The translations under genes were made by a program, and so were the position numbers. 64,000 bases of DNA from assembly GCA_036676985.1 (NCBI GenBank), contig JAKFBU010000027.1, forward strand, positions 160,001 to 224,000, in the 5' to 3' direction. This DNA is from Candidatus Sericytochromatia bacterium (GTDB lineage: Bacteria > Cyanobacteriota > Sericytochromatia > S15B-MN24 > UBA4093). The number at the start of each line of letters is the position of its first letter. Position 1 is the stretch's first letter. This document shows positions 17,486-26,422 of this stretch, in pieces. The notes beneath the pieces were generated by a model. The model ran no database searches. It worked only from the letters and a program-made list of their open reading frames with translations, and was not told where the DNA came from.

Positions 17486-18118
17486 TTAACTACCGACGCT
17501 CAAGTTGTCGGAGATATCCGAGGTCGGCTTGTAGGCTCCGAAGGTGATGAGGGGGGTGCCCTCGGTCAGGGATCCTCCGTCCAACACGTCGCCCAGGATG
17601 ACCATGTGATCGCCGTTCTCCACGGTCTCGGCCACCTTGCACTCCACGAAACCCAGGGCTCGCTGAAGGATTGGGGCCCCGCTCGAGACGCCGCGAGAAT
17701 ATTCTACCTTGTCGAAGACCCGTGACGAGTCCTCCATGGCGGCCGAGAAGCGATCGCAAACGTCACGCTGCGCCTCGCTCAGGAAGTTCACGGCGAAGGT
17801 TCCCGAGCTCAAGAGCAGCTCGCAGGCCGGATGATCCCGCCGGATGGCCACCGAAACGCGCGGGGGACGCTGGCTTGCCGTTGCAAGCGTCCCGATGGTC
17901 ACTCCGGCGAGGCGCTCCCCATGCTGGGAGGTCAGGATGACGATGCCCGCCACGAGGCAGTTGAGGGCCTTGTCGGCCCGATCGAGCCTGGCGGCGCGCC
18001 CCACGTCCTCTAAGACGTCCTCGTACTCCAAGACCCCGCCGCGCGGCGGCAACTCGCTGTAGAAGGTGATCTCCTGCTCGGGAAAGGCACCCGCCTCGGC
18101 CTTCCGCCGCTCGTCCAT
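17486..18118 (-). CDS. Flavin reductase family protein
   Basis: S..PP.VSV, FAVNFL, GAPIL, ECKV, GDH.VILGDV; AAGGAGG RBS. Confidence 0.88.
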   Translation of the reverse strand: MDERRKAEAGAFPEQEITFYSELPPRGGVLEYEDVLEDVGRAARLDRADKALNCLVAGIVILTSQHGERLAGVTIGTLATASQRPPRVSVAIRRDHPACELLLSSGTFAVNFLSEAQRDVCDRFSAAMEDSSRVFDKVEYSRGVSSGAPILQRALGFVECKVAETVENGDHMVILGDVLDGGSLTEGTPLITFGAYKPTSDISDNLSVGS

Positions 18119-18250
18119 GGTCGCCTCCTTCCGGCCCTAAGCCGTTTTCATCTTAGGCCGACGCCACGCTCCGCATCAACGCCTGTAGGCAGGGTAGTGT
18201 CCCGCCGGATGCCAGGGGGCATAATGATAAGGATTGGATAGAGGGTGCCG

Positions 18251-20338
18251 ATGGCCAGCAGTGCCGAAGAAGGACGAAACGCCTACCGAGCCGGTCGCTT
18301 CGACGAGGCGGCCCGCTACCTGCGTGACGCCGTGGCGGCGGCCCCCCAGGACGGGGCCCTGCGCCTGATGCTCGCGCGCAGCCTGGAACAGGGCGGTCAC
18401 CCGGTTCAAGCCCGGGAGCATTTTCGCTACGCCGCCCAGCACGCCCAGGCCCCCGAACACCAAAAGCTCGCTGCCCAGGCCCTCGCAGAGCTGGACAACC
18501 CGCCGGACGAACTGACGCAGCGTCTGATTCACGCCGGACACCTCACCGAGCCCGACCTCCAGCGCGCAGCCGCCGCTCGACGTGCTGACGAGACCCCGCT
18601 CGCGGCCGTCCTGCGCACCACCTCCGTCCGGTTCTCGGATCTCGTGGGCGTCCGGTTCAGCGCCATTGCGCTGAATCCTTCGTTCGAGCGTCCCTACATC
18701 GATCGCCTCGGCATGCGCCTGGTAGCGAGCAAGACCATCACCCAGTTCCAGCTGAAGCAGGCCCTGATGGCCCAGGCTCGGACCGTGCGTCCGCTCGGTC
18801 GAATCCTCGTCGAGAGCTTCGGAATAAGCGAGGCCGCCGTTCGCGAGGCGGCCCAGGCACACACTCCTCCTGCCCCCAAGCTCACGGATGCGGATTCCCT
18901 GGGCGCCACGCTCATCCGCTGGGGGCTGATCACGCCCCGTCAGTGGCAGCAGGTCTTGCAGGCGGGGCGATCGCCCGCCGAGACCCTCGTGGCCCAGCAT
19001 CTCGCCAACCGCGACCATCTGCTCCGCGTCCAGGCCTATCAGAAGGCCAAGCTCGCGGCCCAGGCGGAACGGCGCCATCGCCTCGGCGACGTGCTCGTCG
19101 AGCTCGGGCACATGGACCGGGACGCGCTCGCCAAGATGCTCGCCTGCCAGGTGGACCAGCCCTTCATGTTCGGCGAGTTGCTCGTCATGCAGCGCGTTTG
19201 CTCGCCCGAGGCCGTGCTCGAGGGGCTGGCCGAGCAGCAACGCCTCTACATCGAGGACGCCGAGGCCTTCCTCCCGCCTCTGGAACCAGTCCAGCCGCCC
19301 GAACCCGTTGCAGCCCTCGAAGCGGAGGTGAAGCCCCGCCCCGACCGACGACGTCAGTGGGCGATGGCCGCCGCGGCCGCAGCGCTTCTGGGGTACGGCG
19401 CATGGTACGGCTTGCGGTATGCCGGCAACGACTACGGCTGGCTCGGCCTGTTTCGCCAGCCCGGCGCGGAGTCCCGGAGCGATCGCACGGGCGCCATGGG
19501 CGAGCTGCGCGGGGGCGCCGAGGAACCCGACGGGCCGGAGGCTCCCAACTCACGCTTCGATCCGCTCAACGTCCCCGAGACCCAGGTCGAAGTGGGCCGC
19601 ACGGGCGCGCAGATGGAAGGCACGCCCCCCGAGCCCTACGAGCCGTTCGCCCGCGACGGTGCCCCCACGACCCCCAACATGCTGGTTCAGGGCAGCGAGC
19701 TGGCACCCGGCATCTCCCCGAAGAGCGGCTTACAGCCCGAGGTCCCCTTCGACGGCGGCGGCAACGCGCGGTCCGGGGTGAGCTACCCGATGCAGGCCGG
19801 TGAGACGGTGCGGGGCGATCGCTACGCCATGTCCCCTAGCGAGGGGGAGCAGGCCCAAGGCGACCCCATGCGGCGCGCGGAAGGCCCCCAGGGGCGTACC
19901 GGCGCCCCGGAACGCACCGCTCAGCGCGTCGGGCCGCAGGGCGTGAGGTACGGCATGGGGACGGCCGAGGGCAACCAGGCCCTCACACCACCCGCCAAGG
20001 TGCCCGGCGCGCCCGTCGCCCGCATCGGAAACCGCCAACTGGAAGCCCAGAACGAGCTGGACGACGCCACGGTCAACCAGTCCAGCTCCATCTTCCGGTT
20101 TCGGCTGGGCCAGGCCTACTTCGCGCAGGGGAAGTACGACTCCGCTCGCCAGGAGTTCCTCGCGGCCCGCGCGGCCGACCTCAAAAACCCGCTGCCGCTC
20201 TATTTCCTGGGCCGTCTGAGCGAGCAGCGCGGGACCGCCGACGCGGCCCGGCTCTACTACCGGCAATACCTCCAACAGGCGCCCAGCGGCGAGTTCAGCG
20301 GGGAGGCGAGGACCCGTCTACGCTCGCTGGGCGACTAA
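18251..20338 (+). CDS. Membrane-anchored TPR protein with four tandem MshEN-like modules
   Basis: N-terminal TPR, RLG..L...G.I....L...L..Q-type repeats, one TM helix, disordered linker, C-terminal TPRs. Confidence 0.75.
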   Translation: MASSAEEGRNAYRAGRFDEAARYLRDAVAAAPQDGALRLMLARSLEQGGHPVQAREHFRYAAQHAQAPEHQKLAAQALAELDNPPDELTQRLIHAGHLTEPDLQRAAAARRADETPLAAVLRTTSVRFSDLVGVRFSAIALNPSFERPYIDRLGMRLVASKTITQFQLKQALMAQARTVRPLGRILVESFGISEAAVREAAQAHTPPAPKLTDADSLGATLIRWGLITPRQWQQVLQAGRSPAETLVAQHLANRDHLLRVQAYQKAKLAAQAERRHRLGDVLVELGHMDRDALAKMLACQVDQPFMFGELLVMQRVCSPEAVLEGLAEQQRLYIEDAEAFLPPLEPVQPPEPVAALEAEVKPRPDRRRQWAMAAAAAALLGYGAWYGLRYAGNDYGWLGLFRQPGAESRSDRTGAMGELRGGAEEPDGPEAPNSRFDPLNVPETQVEVGRTGAQMEGTPPEPYEPFARDGAPTTPNMLVQGSELAPGISPKSGLQPEVPFDGGGNARSGVSYPMQAGETVRGDRYAMSPSEGEQAQGDPMRRAEGPQGRTGAPERTAQRVGPQGVRYGMGTAEGNQALTPPAKVPGAPVARIGNRQLEAQNELDDATVNQSSSIFRFRLGQAYFAQGKYDSARQEFLAARAADLKNPLPLYFLGRLSEQRGTADAARLYYRQYLQQAPSGEFSGEARTRLRSLGD

Positions 20339-20378
20339 CGCACGTTTAAGGTCGGATGTTCTCTTTTGCCAAAGGGCT

Positions 20379-20406
20379 TTTACCTGGCCGCCCTTCGTGT
20401 TAGAAT
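20379..20406 (+). promoter_or_regulatory. Sigma70-type promoter of rpsT
   Basis: TTTACC-16nt-TAGAAT with TG extension. Confidence 0.6.
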
Positions 20407-20471
20407 GACACTTCGTGTCGGCACGAGCGAGCGTTCGTTCGAACAATCCGCCGACAAAAGGAGGTGACAAC

Positions 20472-20741
20472 TTGGCTAAGCGTATCAAGTCCGGTATCAA
20501 GCGGGTCGAAATTGCGGAGCGTAACCGCCAGCGCAATGTGGCCGTCAAGTCGGCCGTCAAGACCCGGATCAAGCGTGTTCAGACGGCTTTGGCCGGCGAT
20601 GACCAGGCTCTCACCGCGGATCTTCTGAAGGTGGCGATCAGCGCGATCGATCGCGCCGCCCGCAAGGGGATTCTTCATCCGAACACCGCTGCGCGCCGCA
20701 AGTCGCGGCTGGTTAAGGCCCTCAACGCCAAGACCGTCTAG
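20472..20741 (+). CDS. rpsT: 30S ribosomal protein S20
   Basis: AKRIKSGIKRV...RN...KS.VKT..K...KGILHPNTAARRKSRL; AAGGAGGT RBS + TTG. Confidence 0.97.
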   Translation: MAKRIKSGIKRVEIAERNRQRNVAVKSAVKTRIKRVQTALAGDDQALTADLLKVAISAIDRAARKGILHPNTAARRKSRLVKALNAKTV

Positions 20742-20847
20742 CGCCGGCGGAGCGTCCGACAAAACTGTCCTCATAGCCGCCAAAAGCGGCCACTGGCCTC
20801 AAAAGCCCGGTTTTGTCGACTGATCTGGATCGGAAGCAAACTCTGAC

Positions 20848-20887
20848 AAAGAACCTGCGCCGTCTCAGGCAGGTTCTTTTGTTTTTT
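20848..20887 (+). terminator. Intrinsic terminator after rpsT
   Basis: aaagaacctgc...gcaggttcttt followed by a T tract. Confidence 0.8.
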
Positions 20888-20938
20888 CTCCGGCTGCAGA
20901 TTTAGGCACTCCTTAAGACAAGATTCAACTCCCCTTTA

Positions 20939-20965
20939 ACAAGTTTTCGGCCGGTCGGCCTATAA
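20939..20965 (+). promoter_or_regulatory. Sigma28 (FliA)-like promoter
   Basis: ACAAGTTT-N11-GCCTATAA versus consensus TAAAGTTT-N11-GCCGATAA. Confidence 0.45.
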
Positions 20966-21009
20966 CCCTCCTACGGACGTGTTAGGAAACCGTCACCAAG
21001 GAGGATGGG

Positions 21010-21783
21010 ATGAAGACTTTTCGCACTGCACTCGCCACACTGATGGTCCTAGGACTGGTCGGCTGCGGCATGCCCGGTACGGCCACCAGCCCCAACCGTT
21101 CTCTTGCCAGCTCTTCGAGCGCCGACCTCTCTCAGGCGGAATCCATCGAGTTCGACTCGATCAACAACAGCGGCCAGCTGGACGAGCTGGACGACGAGGC
21201 GCTCGCCGAGCTCGCCGACGAGTCCGATCTGGCTTCCGGCTACGAGGGCCAGCTCCTGGGCCTGGGCTCGACCAAGATCGGCTACATCCGCTCGACCGAA
21301 GACGGCAAGTTCTTCCTCCAGGCCAAGAAGGGCATCTGGAAGCGCAAGGACGTGAGCTACACGCTCTCCCCTTCCAAGGAAGACGTCTCGCTCAAGCTCG
21401 CCAAGCGCCTCAATGACCGCGTCCTGGTCCGTGGCACCAACAAGGATGGCACGATCACCGTCAAGTCGGTCTACCAGGTGCCCGACACCGGCGTCGTGCT
21501 CGACATGCTGCGTACCGGCTGCGTGAGCGGCAAGGTTTACAACGGCAAGACCCTCGTCGCCCTGAGCGGCGCGTCCATCACCCTTCGCTCGGTCGATACC
21601 GGACGGATCTATCGCGCCGTCACCAAGAAGGATGGTCGCTACCGTGTGAGTCGCCTGGTTCCCGGTGACTACACGACCGAGGTCACCCTCGCCGGCTTCG
21701 CCAAGGGCACCCTGGCCAAGGTGACGGTCGCCAAGCGCAAGAGCACCTCGGCGAACGTTCCCCTCTCGGATTCCTCGATCTAA
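21010..21783 (+). CDS. Lipoprotein with C-terminal carboxypeptidase-regulatory-like domain
   Basis: Lipobox LVGC; VSGKV...L.GASITL...T..DGRY....L.PGDYT.EVT..GF; AAGGAGG RBS. Confidence 0.8.
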   Translation: MKTFRTALATLMVLGLVGCGMPGTATSPNRSLASSSSADLSQAESIEFDSINNSGQLDELDDEALAELADESDLASGYEGQLLGLGSTKIGYIRSTEDGKFFLQAKKGIWKRKDVSYTLSPSKEDVSLKLAKRLNDRVLVRGTNKDGTITVKSVYQVPDTGVVLDMLRTGCVSGKVYNGKTLVALSGASITLRSVDTGRIYRAVTKKDGRYRVSRLVPGDYTTEVTLAGFAKGTLAKVTVAKRKSTSANVPLSDSSI

Positions 21784-21804
21784 CTCCCACCCCCTCCTCC
21801 TAAC

Positions 21805-21848
21805 GAATCCGGGGGCCTCGAACGAGGCCCCCGGATTCTTTTTTTCTT
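21805..21848. terminator. Terminator between convergent genes
   Basis: gaatccgggggcctcg/cgaggcccccggattc stem + T tract. Confidence 0.8.
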
Positions 21849-21858
21849 GCGATGGCGC

Positions 21859-22854
21859 TTAAAGCACCGTCGCCAGGCGGACCAGCATCCGTTCGAGCTG
21901 TAGGGCCTCGACGCCCCGACCCGACGAGGTCTTGAGGGCCACGTCCGTCTCGAGGAGCAATGAGAGCCCGGCCTGCAACTGCCGAGAATTGAACTTGCGG
22001 GCGCTTTCCAGGTCCTTCTTGACCTTGAAGTTGCTCTTGGCGCCGATGGCTTGAGTGATGGCATCTACGCTCATGCCGCGCTCGGCCAGGATCTTGACCT
22101 GGAGCCACGAGCGCATGAGCGTGGCCATGGTCGCGAGCACCTTGAGTGCTGCCTCGGTCACGAGCAGCTTGCGCATGCGCGTCACGGCCTCGACCGGGTT
22201 GCGATCGCCGATGGCCTGGAGCACGGCGAAGACGTCCGTCTCCCCCGGCGATCCCAGCACCTCGAGCATCTCGAGGGTGATCGGCGCCCCGCTCGCGTAG
22301 GTCGCGAGCTTGTCGAGCTCGTTGGCGAGCTTCCAGCGATCGATGCCGAGCGACTCCACCATGGTCTTGGCCACGTCGTTGCCGAGCTTCACGCCCCGGT
22401 CGCGGGCCTGACCCATCAGCCAGTCGGCGGCTCGGTCCTTCTCCTCCCAGGGCTTGGCCCCTCCGAATTCCTTGGCGTCGATATTGCCGAGGATGGCCTT
22501 GGTCTGCGTCAGGCGCTTGTCGATGCTGCCGGTGACCGAGAAGGCGAGGTGACAGCCCGGGGGGAGTCCCTTCAAGATGAGGTCCACGAGCCCCTGGACG
22601 TCTTCGGCCGCGAACTTACCGGCCGAGAAGAACAGGCAGTCCCGCACCAGGACGAGGCGTCCGCCGAGACCGAAGGGCATGGTCGCGGCAGCGGCGGCCA
22701 CCTCGCTGGGCAGGACCGTGCGACCGTCGAGGAGGTTGAAGTTCATGGCCTTGAATCCCGGATCGACGATCGCCGCGATCAGCGCATCCTCGGCTACCTT
22801 GAGGGAGTAGGCATCATCCCCATACAGCAGCGTGACCGGGCTCGGCGCGGCCAT
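21859..22854 (-). CDS. holA: DNA polymerase III subunit delta
   Basis: LLYGDD, TMPFG.GGRLV, L.NELDKL, D..LK motifs. Confidence 0.9.
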   Translation of the reverse strand: MAAPSPVTLLYGDDAYSLKVAEDALIAAIVDPGFKAMNFNLLDGRTVLPSEVAAAAATMPFGLGGRLVLVRDCLFFSAGKFAAEDVQGLVDLILKGLPPGCHLAFSVTGSIDKRLTQTKAILGNIDAKEFGGAKPWEEKDRAADWLMGQARDRGVKLGNDVAKTMVESLGIDRWKLANELDKLATYASGAPITLEMLEVLGSPGETDVFAVLQAIGDRNPVEAVTRMRKLLVTEAALKVLATMATLMRSWLQVKILAERGMSVDAITQAIGAKSNFKVKKDLESARKFNSRQLQAGLSLLLETDVALKTSSGRGVEALQLERMLVRLATVL

Positions 22855-22862
22855 GGATCCCC

Positions 22863-23621
22863 CTAGGGCCGGGCGCCGAAGCGACGCTCGCGTCCCTGGA
22901 AGTCGAGCAACGCCACGCGGAAGTCATCCTTGCGGAAGTCGGGCCAGAGGGTCTCGGTGATGTAGATCTCGGTGTAGGCGAGCTGCCAGAGCAGGTAGTT
23001 GCTGATGCGGCACTCGCCGCTGGTGCGGATCAAGAGGTCGGGGTCGGGCTGACCGGCCGTGTAGAAGAAGCTGCCGAGGCGCTCCTCGTTCAGCCCGTCG
23101 GCGTCGATCTGACCGGCCTGGGCGGCACGGGCGACGGCCTTGACCACCTCGAGGATCTCGCGGCGCCCGCCGTAGTTGAGGGCGATGTTGAGGGTCAGCT
23201 TGGTGTTGGAGCCCGTGCGGGCCTCCGCCTGCTGGATGGTCGAGCGGATCTTGGGGTTGAGCTCGTCGATCTCGCCGATGAAGCGCATGCGGACGCCGGC
23301 GTCGTCGAGCGTCTCGACCTCGCGGGCGATCGTCTCGTTGAAGAGGTTCCAGAGGTAACCGACCTCGTCCTCCGAGCGCTTCCAGTTCTCTGTCGAGAAC
23401 GCGTAGACCGTCAGGTAGGGAATGCCCAGGTCGACGCACGAGCGGACGAGCTCGCGCAGCGTGTCGACGCCGGCGCGGTGGCCCTGCTTGCCGGGAAGCA
23501 AGCGGCTGATGGCCCAGCGGCGATTGCCGTCCATGATCACCGCCACGTGCTCCGGAAGGCGGGTCCGATCCACCCCCTCCCAGGAAGTCGCATGTTCCAC
23601 TTTGCTCGATTTGGCCGTCAT
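22863..23621 (-). CDS. uppS: Undecaprenyl diphosphate synthase (isoprenyl transferase)
   Basis: PEHVAVIMDGNRRWA, YAFSTENWKR, NYGGR, DLLIRTSGE.RISNYLLWQ. Confidence 0.96.
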   Translation of the reverse strand: MTAKSSKVEHATSWEGVDRTRLPEHVAVIMDGNRRWAISRLLPGKQGHRAGVDTLRELVRSCVDLGIPYLTVYAFSTENWKRSEDEVGYLWNLFNETIAREVETLDDAGVRMRFIGEIDELNPKIRSTIQQAEARTGSNTKLTLNIALNYGGRREILEVVKAVARAAQAGQIDADGLNEERLGSFFYTAGQPDPDLLIRTSGECRISNYLLWQLAYTEIYITETLWPDFRKDDFRVALLDFQGRERRFGARP

Positions 23622-23664
23622 CGTTTCTCCGTGAGTGTCCGGGGCCTTCCCGGCGCGTTGCAGT

Positions 23665-24039
23665 CTATGGCTCCAGGATCTCAACCTCGCTGGGCGTGAG
23701 CTCCCAGCGGATGCCCGGCGGTCCCGACACGTTGAGCGGGACGACCGTGGGCTTGCCGCCCCACCGGTGCTTGAGGTCGACGAAGACCTCGAGGTCCTGG
23801 TTGCTGAGTTTGTTGATGGCCGCCTTGGGGCCCTCGATGAGGACCTCGGCCACGGCCGGGTCCGTCCGCAAGGTGCGGGAGGCCGGCTGGTTCTTGAGCT
23901 TGATCTCGACCGAGACCTTGCGCTTGTCGCTGTCGATGCGGGGCAGGAGCCCCACGAAGATCCACAGGGTGATGGCCATCAGAATGGCGATCACCTGGAG
24001 CCCGCGGTTGCTCTCCTCTTTGGCCCATAACGCGAACAT
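23665..24039 (-). CDS. Short CdaR/YbbR-like protein (TM + single YbbR domain)
   Basis: AILMAITLWIFV TM segment, V.IEGP, VFVDL; directly downstream of cdaA. Confidence 0.75.
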   Translation of the reverse strand: MFALWAKEESNRGLQVIAILMAITLWIFVGLLPRIDSDKRKVSVEIKLKNQPASRTLRTDPAVAEVLIEGPKAAINKLSNQDLEVFVDLKHRWGGKPTVVPLNVSGPPGIRWELTPSEVEILEP

Positions 24040-24040
24040 A

Positions 24041-24883
24041 TCAGCTCGACTTGCGATAGAAGGGCAGCGACAGGTTCATGGTCGCGGCCTTGGGGGCCTG
24101 GTACAGTCCGGAGAGCATGCCGCGCAGGTCGTCCTCCGTGAGGTGCCGCTGCAGCTGGCCCATCTGGGCCACCGAGATGACGCCCGTCTCCTCGGAGACG
24201 ACGACGGCCACCGCGTCGGTGGTCTCGGAGAGGCCAAGAGCCGCCCGGTGGCGGGTGCCGATGGGGCGCTTCTGGGTGCGCCGGAAGTTCTCGGACAGCG
24301 GCAGCAGGGCGCCCGCCGCGACGATGCGATCGCCCCGGATGATCACGGCCCCGTCGTGCAGGGGCGAGTTCGGGAAGAAGATCGAGGTCAAGAGGTCTGA
24401 CGTCACCAGGCCCTGGATGGTGGTGCCCGTTTCGATGAACTCGTTGAGGCCCGTCTGGCGCTCCAGGATGATGAGCGCTCCGATCTTGCGGGAGCTCAGC
24501 ATGCGCACGGCCATGACGACCTCGTCCACCACCCGCGTGGTGTCGGCCGTCGACTTGCCGAAGAGCTCGCTGCGGAAGAGCTCGCCCTGACCCAAGAGGG
24601 AGAGCGCGCGGCGCAGCTCGGGCTGGAACACGATGGGGATGGCCACGATGATCATGGTGGCGGTGCTCTGCACCAGCCAGGTGATGGTGTTGAGCTGCAG
24701 GGCCCGGCTCAGGAGATAAGCCACCAGCAGCAGGAGCACGCCGCGCAGCAGCTGGACCGCCCGGGTTCCCTTGATGAGGAGGAACAGGCGGTAGAGGACC
24801 ACGCTGACGAGCAGGATGTCGAGTAGGTCCTGCCAGCGCAGGTTGGTGGCGAACTGCTGGAGGATCGCGAGCCAGTAGGCCAT
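24041..24883 (-). CDS. cdaA: Diadenylate cyclase
   Basis: 3 N-terminal TMs, FQPELRRAL, PLHDGAV, GTRHRAA, VSEETG. Confidence 0.95.
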   Translation of the reverse strand: MAYWLAILQQFATNLRWQDLLDILLVSVVLYRLFLLIKGTRAVQLLRGVLLLLVAYLLSRALQLNTITWLVQSTATMIIVAIPIVFQPELRRALSLLGQGELFRSELFGKSTADTTRVVDEVVMAVRMLSSRKIGALIILERQTGLNEFIETGTTIQGLVTSDLLTSIFFPNSPLHDGAVIIRGDRIVAAGALLPLSENFRRTQKRPIGTRHRAALGLSETTDAVAVVVSEETGVISVAQMGQLQRHLTEDDLRGMLSGLYQAPKAATMNLSLPFYRKSS

Positions 24884-26230
24884 CTAGCGATTCCCCCCGA
24901 GCCTGGGCGGCAGGCGATCGCGCGACACCAGGTCCGCGAGCGTCTCGCGCTCGGCGATGACCTCGGCCTTGCCGTCGGCCACCAGCACCATGGCCGGGCG
25001 CGCGAGGCGGTTGTAGTTGGACGCCATCGAGTAGCAGTAGGCCCCCGTATCCCAGATCACCACCTGGTCACCGGCCTTGAGCCGGGGCACGCTGAGGTCC
25101 GCGATGAGCACGTCGCCGGACTCGCAGCACTTGCCAGCGAGCGTCACGACCTCCTCGGGCGGGGCCACCTGGACGGCGTCCGCCTGGTACTTGGCGCCGT
25201 AGGTGATGGGGCGCGGGTTGTCCGGCATGCCGCCATCCACCGACAGGTAGGTGCGAAGGTTCGGAATCTCCTTGCGGGTGCCGACGCTGTAGACCGTCAC
25301 GCCGGCCGTGCCGACGATGGAGCGGCCGGGCTCCAGGAGGAGCTTGGGGAGCTCCAGGCCGCGCAGCTTGCAGCCAGCGACCATGCGCTCGCTGATGGCC
25401 GCCACCAGCTCGTCGATGGAGGGCGGGTCGTCCTCCTCGGTGTAGGCGATGCCGAGTCCGCCGCCCACGTCGACCTCGGGAACGCGCACGCCGTGGGTCC
25501 GCTCCAGGTGGACCGAGAGGTCCAGGAGCACGTCCACGTTGGCGAGGTACGGATCGATGTCGAAGATCTGCGAGCCGATGTGGCCCTGCAGCCCCCGGAA
25601 CTGGAGGTGCGGGTGGTTGCGCAGGTAGCGCATGGCCTCGTCGAGCTGCTGCGGCAGGTCGAGGCCGAACTTGGTGTCGATGTGGCCCGTCTGGATGTAC
25701 TCGTGGGTGTGCGCCTCGATGCCGGGCGTGACGCGCAGGATGACCTGGGGACGCACGCCGAGCTCGGCGGCGATGGAGCCCAGGAGCACGAGCTCGTCCA
25801 GGTTGTCGACCATGAAGCGCCCGATCCCCTCCTCGAGGGCGAGGCGCAGCTCGTCGGGGCTCTTGTTGTTGCCCTGGAAGTGGATGCGCTCGGGCGGAAC
25901 ACCCGCCTTGAGGGCCGTGAACAGCTCGCCGCCGGAGACGACCTCGGTGCCCATGCCTTCCTCGTGGACGAGGCGGTTGATGGCGAGGTTGCAGAGGGCC
26001 TTGCTGGCGTAGAGGATCTCGGACGGCCCCGGATAGTACGCCTTCACGGCTCGCAGGTACGCCTGGGCGGACGCGCGAATGGTGTCCTCGTCGACGACGT
26101 AGAGCGGCGTGCCGTAGGTGCGGGCCAACTCGCCGAGGTCGCATCCCCCGATGTCCCAGCGACCCTGGGCGTTGACGCGGGCCGTCATGGGGCGGATGCG
26201 CTGGTTGCTGGCCTGTTCGGTGAGGGGCAT
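24884..26230 (-). CDS. lysA: Diaminopimelate decarboxylase
   Basis: YGTPLYV, YASKA, HIGSQI, EPGRSIV, GKCCESGD, GAY.YSMASNYN; AAAGGA RBS before 26230. Confidence 0.96.
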   Translation of the reverse strand: MPLTEQASNQRIRPMTARVNAQGRWDIGGCDLGELARTYGTPLYVVDEDTIRASAQAYLRAVKAYYPGPSEILYASKALCNLAINRLVHEEGMGTEVVSGGELFTALKAGVPPERIHFQGNNKSPDELRLALEEGIGRFMVDNLDELVLLGSIAAELGVRPQVILRVTPGIEAHTHEYIQTGHIDTKFGLDLPQQLDEAMRYLRNHPHLQFRGLQGHIGSQIFDIDPYLANVDVLLDLSVHLERTHGVRVPEVDVGGGLGIAYTEEDDPPSIDELVAAISERMVAGCKLRGLELPKLLLEPGRSIVGTAGVTVYSVGTRKEIPNLRTYLSVDGGMPDNPRPITYGAKYQADAVQVAPPEEVVTLAGKCCESGDVLIADLSVPRLKAGDQVVIWDTGAYCYSMASNYNRLARPAMVLVADGKAEVIAERETLADLVSRDRLPPRLGGNR

Positions 26231-26422
26231 GGGGGTCCTTTGATGGCGGCTGGGCGCGGGGCGCGCTCCGAACACCGGCGACGACCGGCAGCGCAAAGCC
26301 GGGTGGAAGCGTGGCGCGGCGCGCTCAGTATACCATGCCTGACCCCCGAAAATCAGCCTCATGGCCCGTGTGGTATCATGCTCAGACTCTACGCATCCGC
26401 TTCAACTCAGCCCCGAGACACC

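Noticed and set aside
26231-26340. Lysine riboswitch upstream of lysA
   Set aside because: Likely -10 (TGgTATACT near 26328-26336) leaves a leader of about 90 nt, too short, with no recognisable motif
25493-26422. N-terminal extensions in the ORF track (Nif3, MsbA, BioY, RsmA, CoaD, ligase fusion)
   Set aside because: They overlap neighbouring genes; family N-termini and RBS positions indicate later starts
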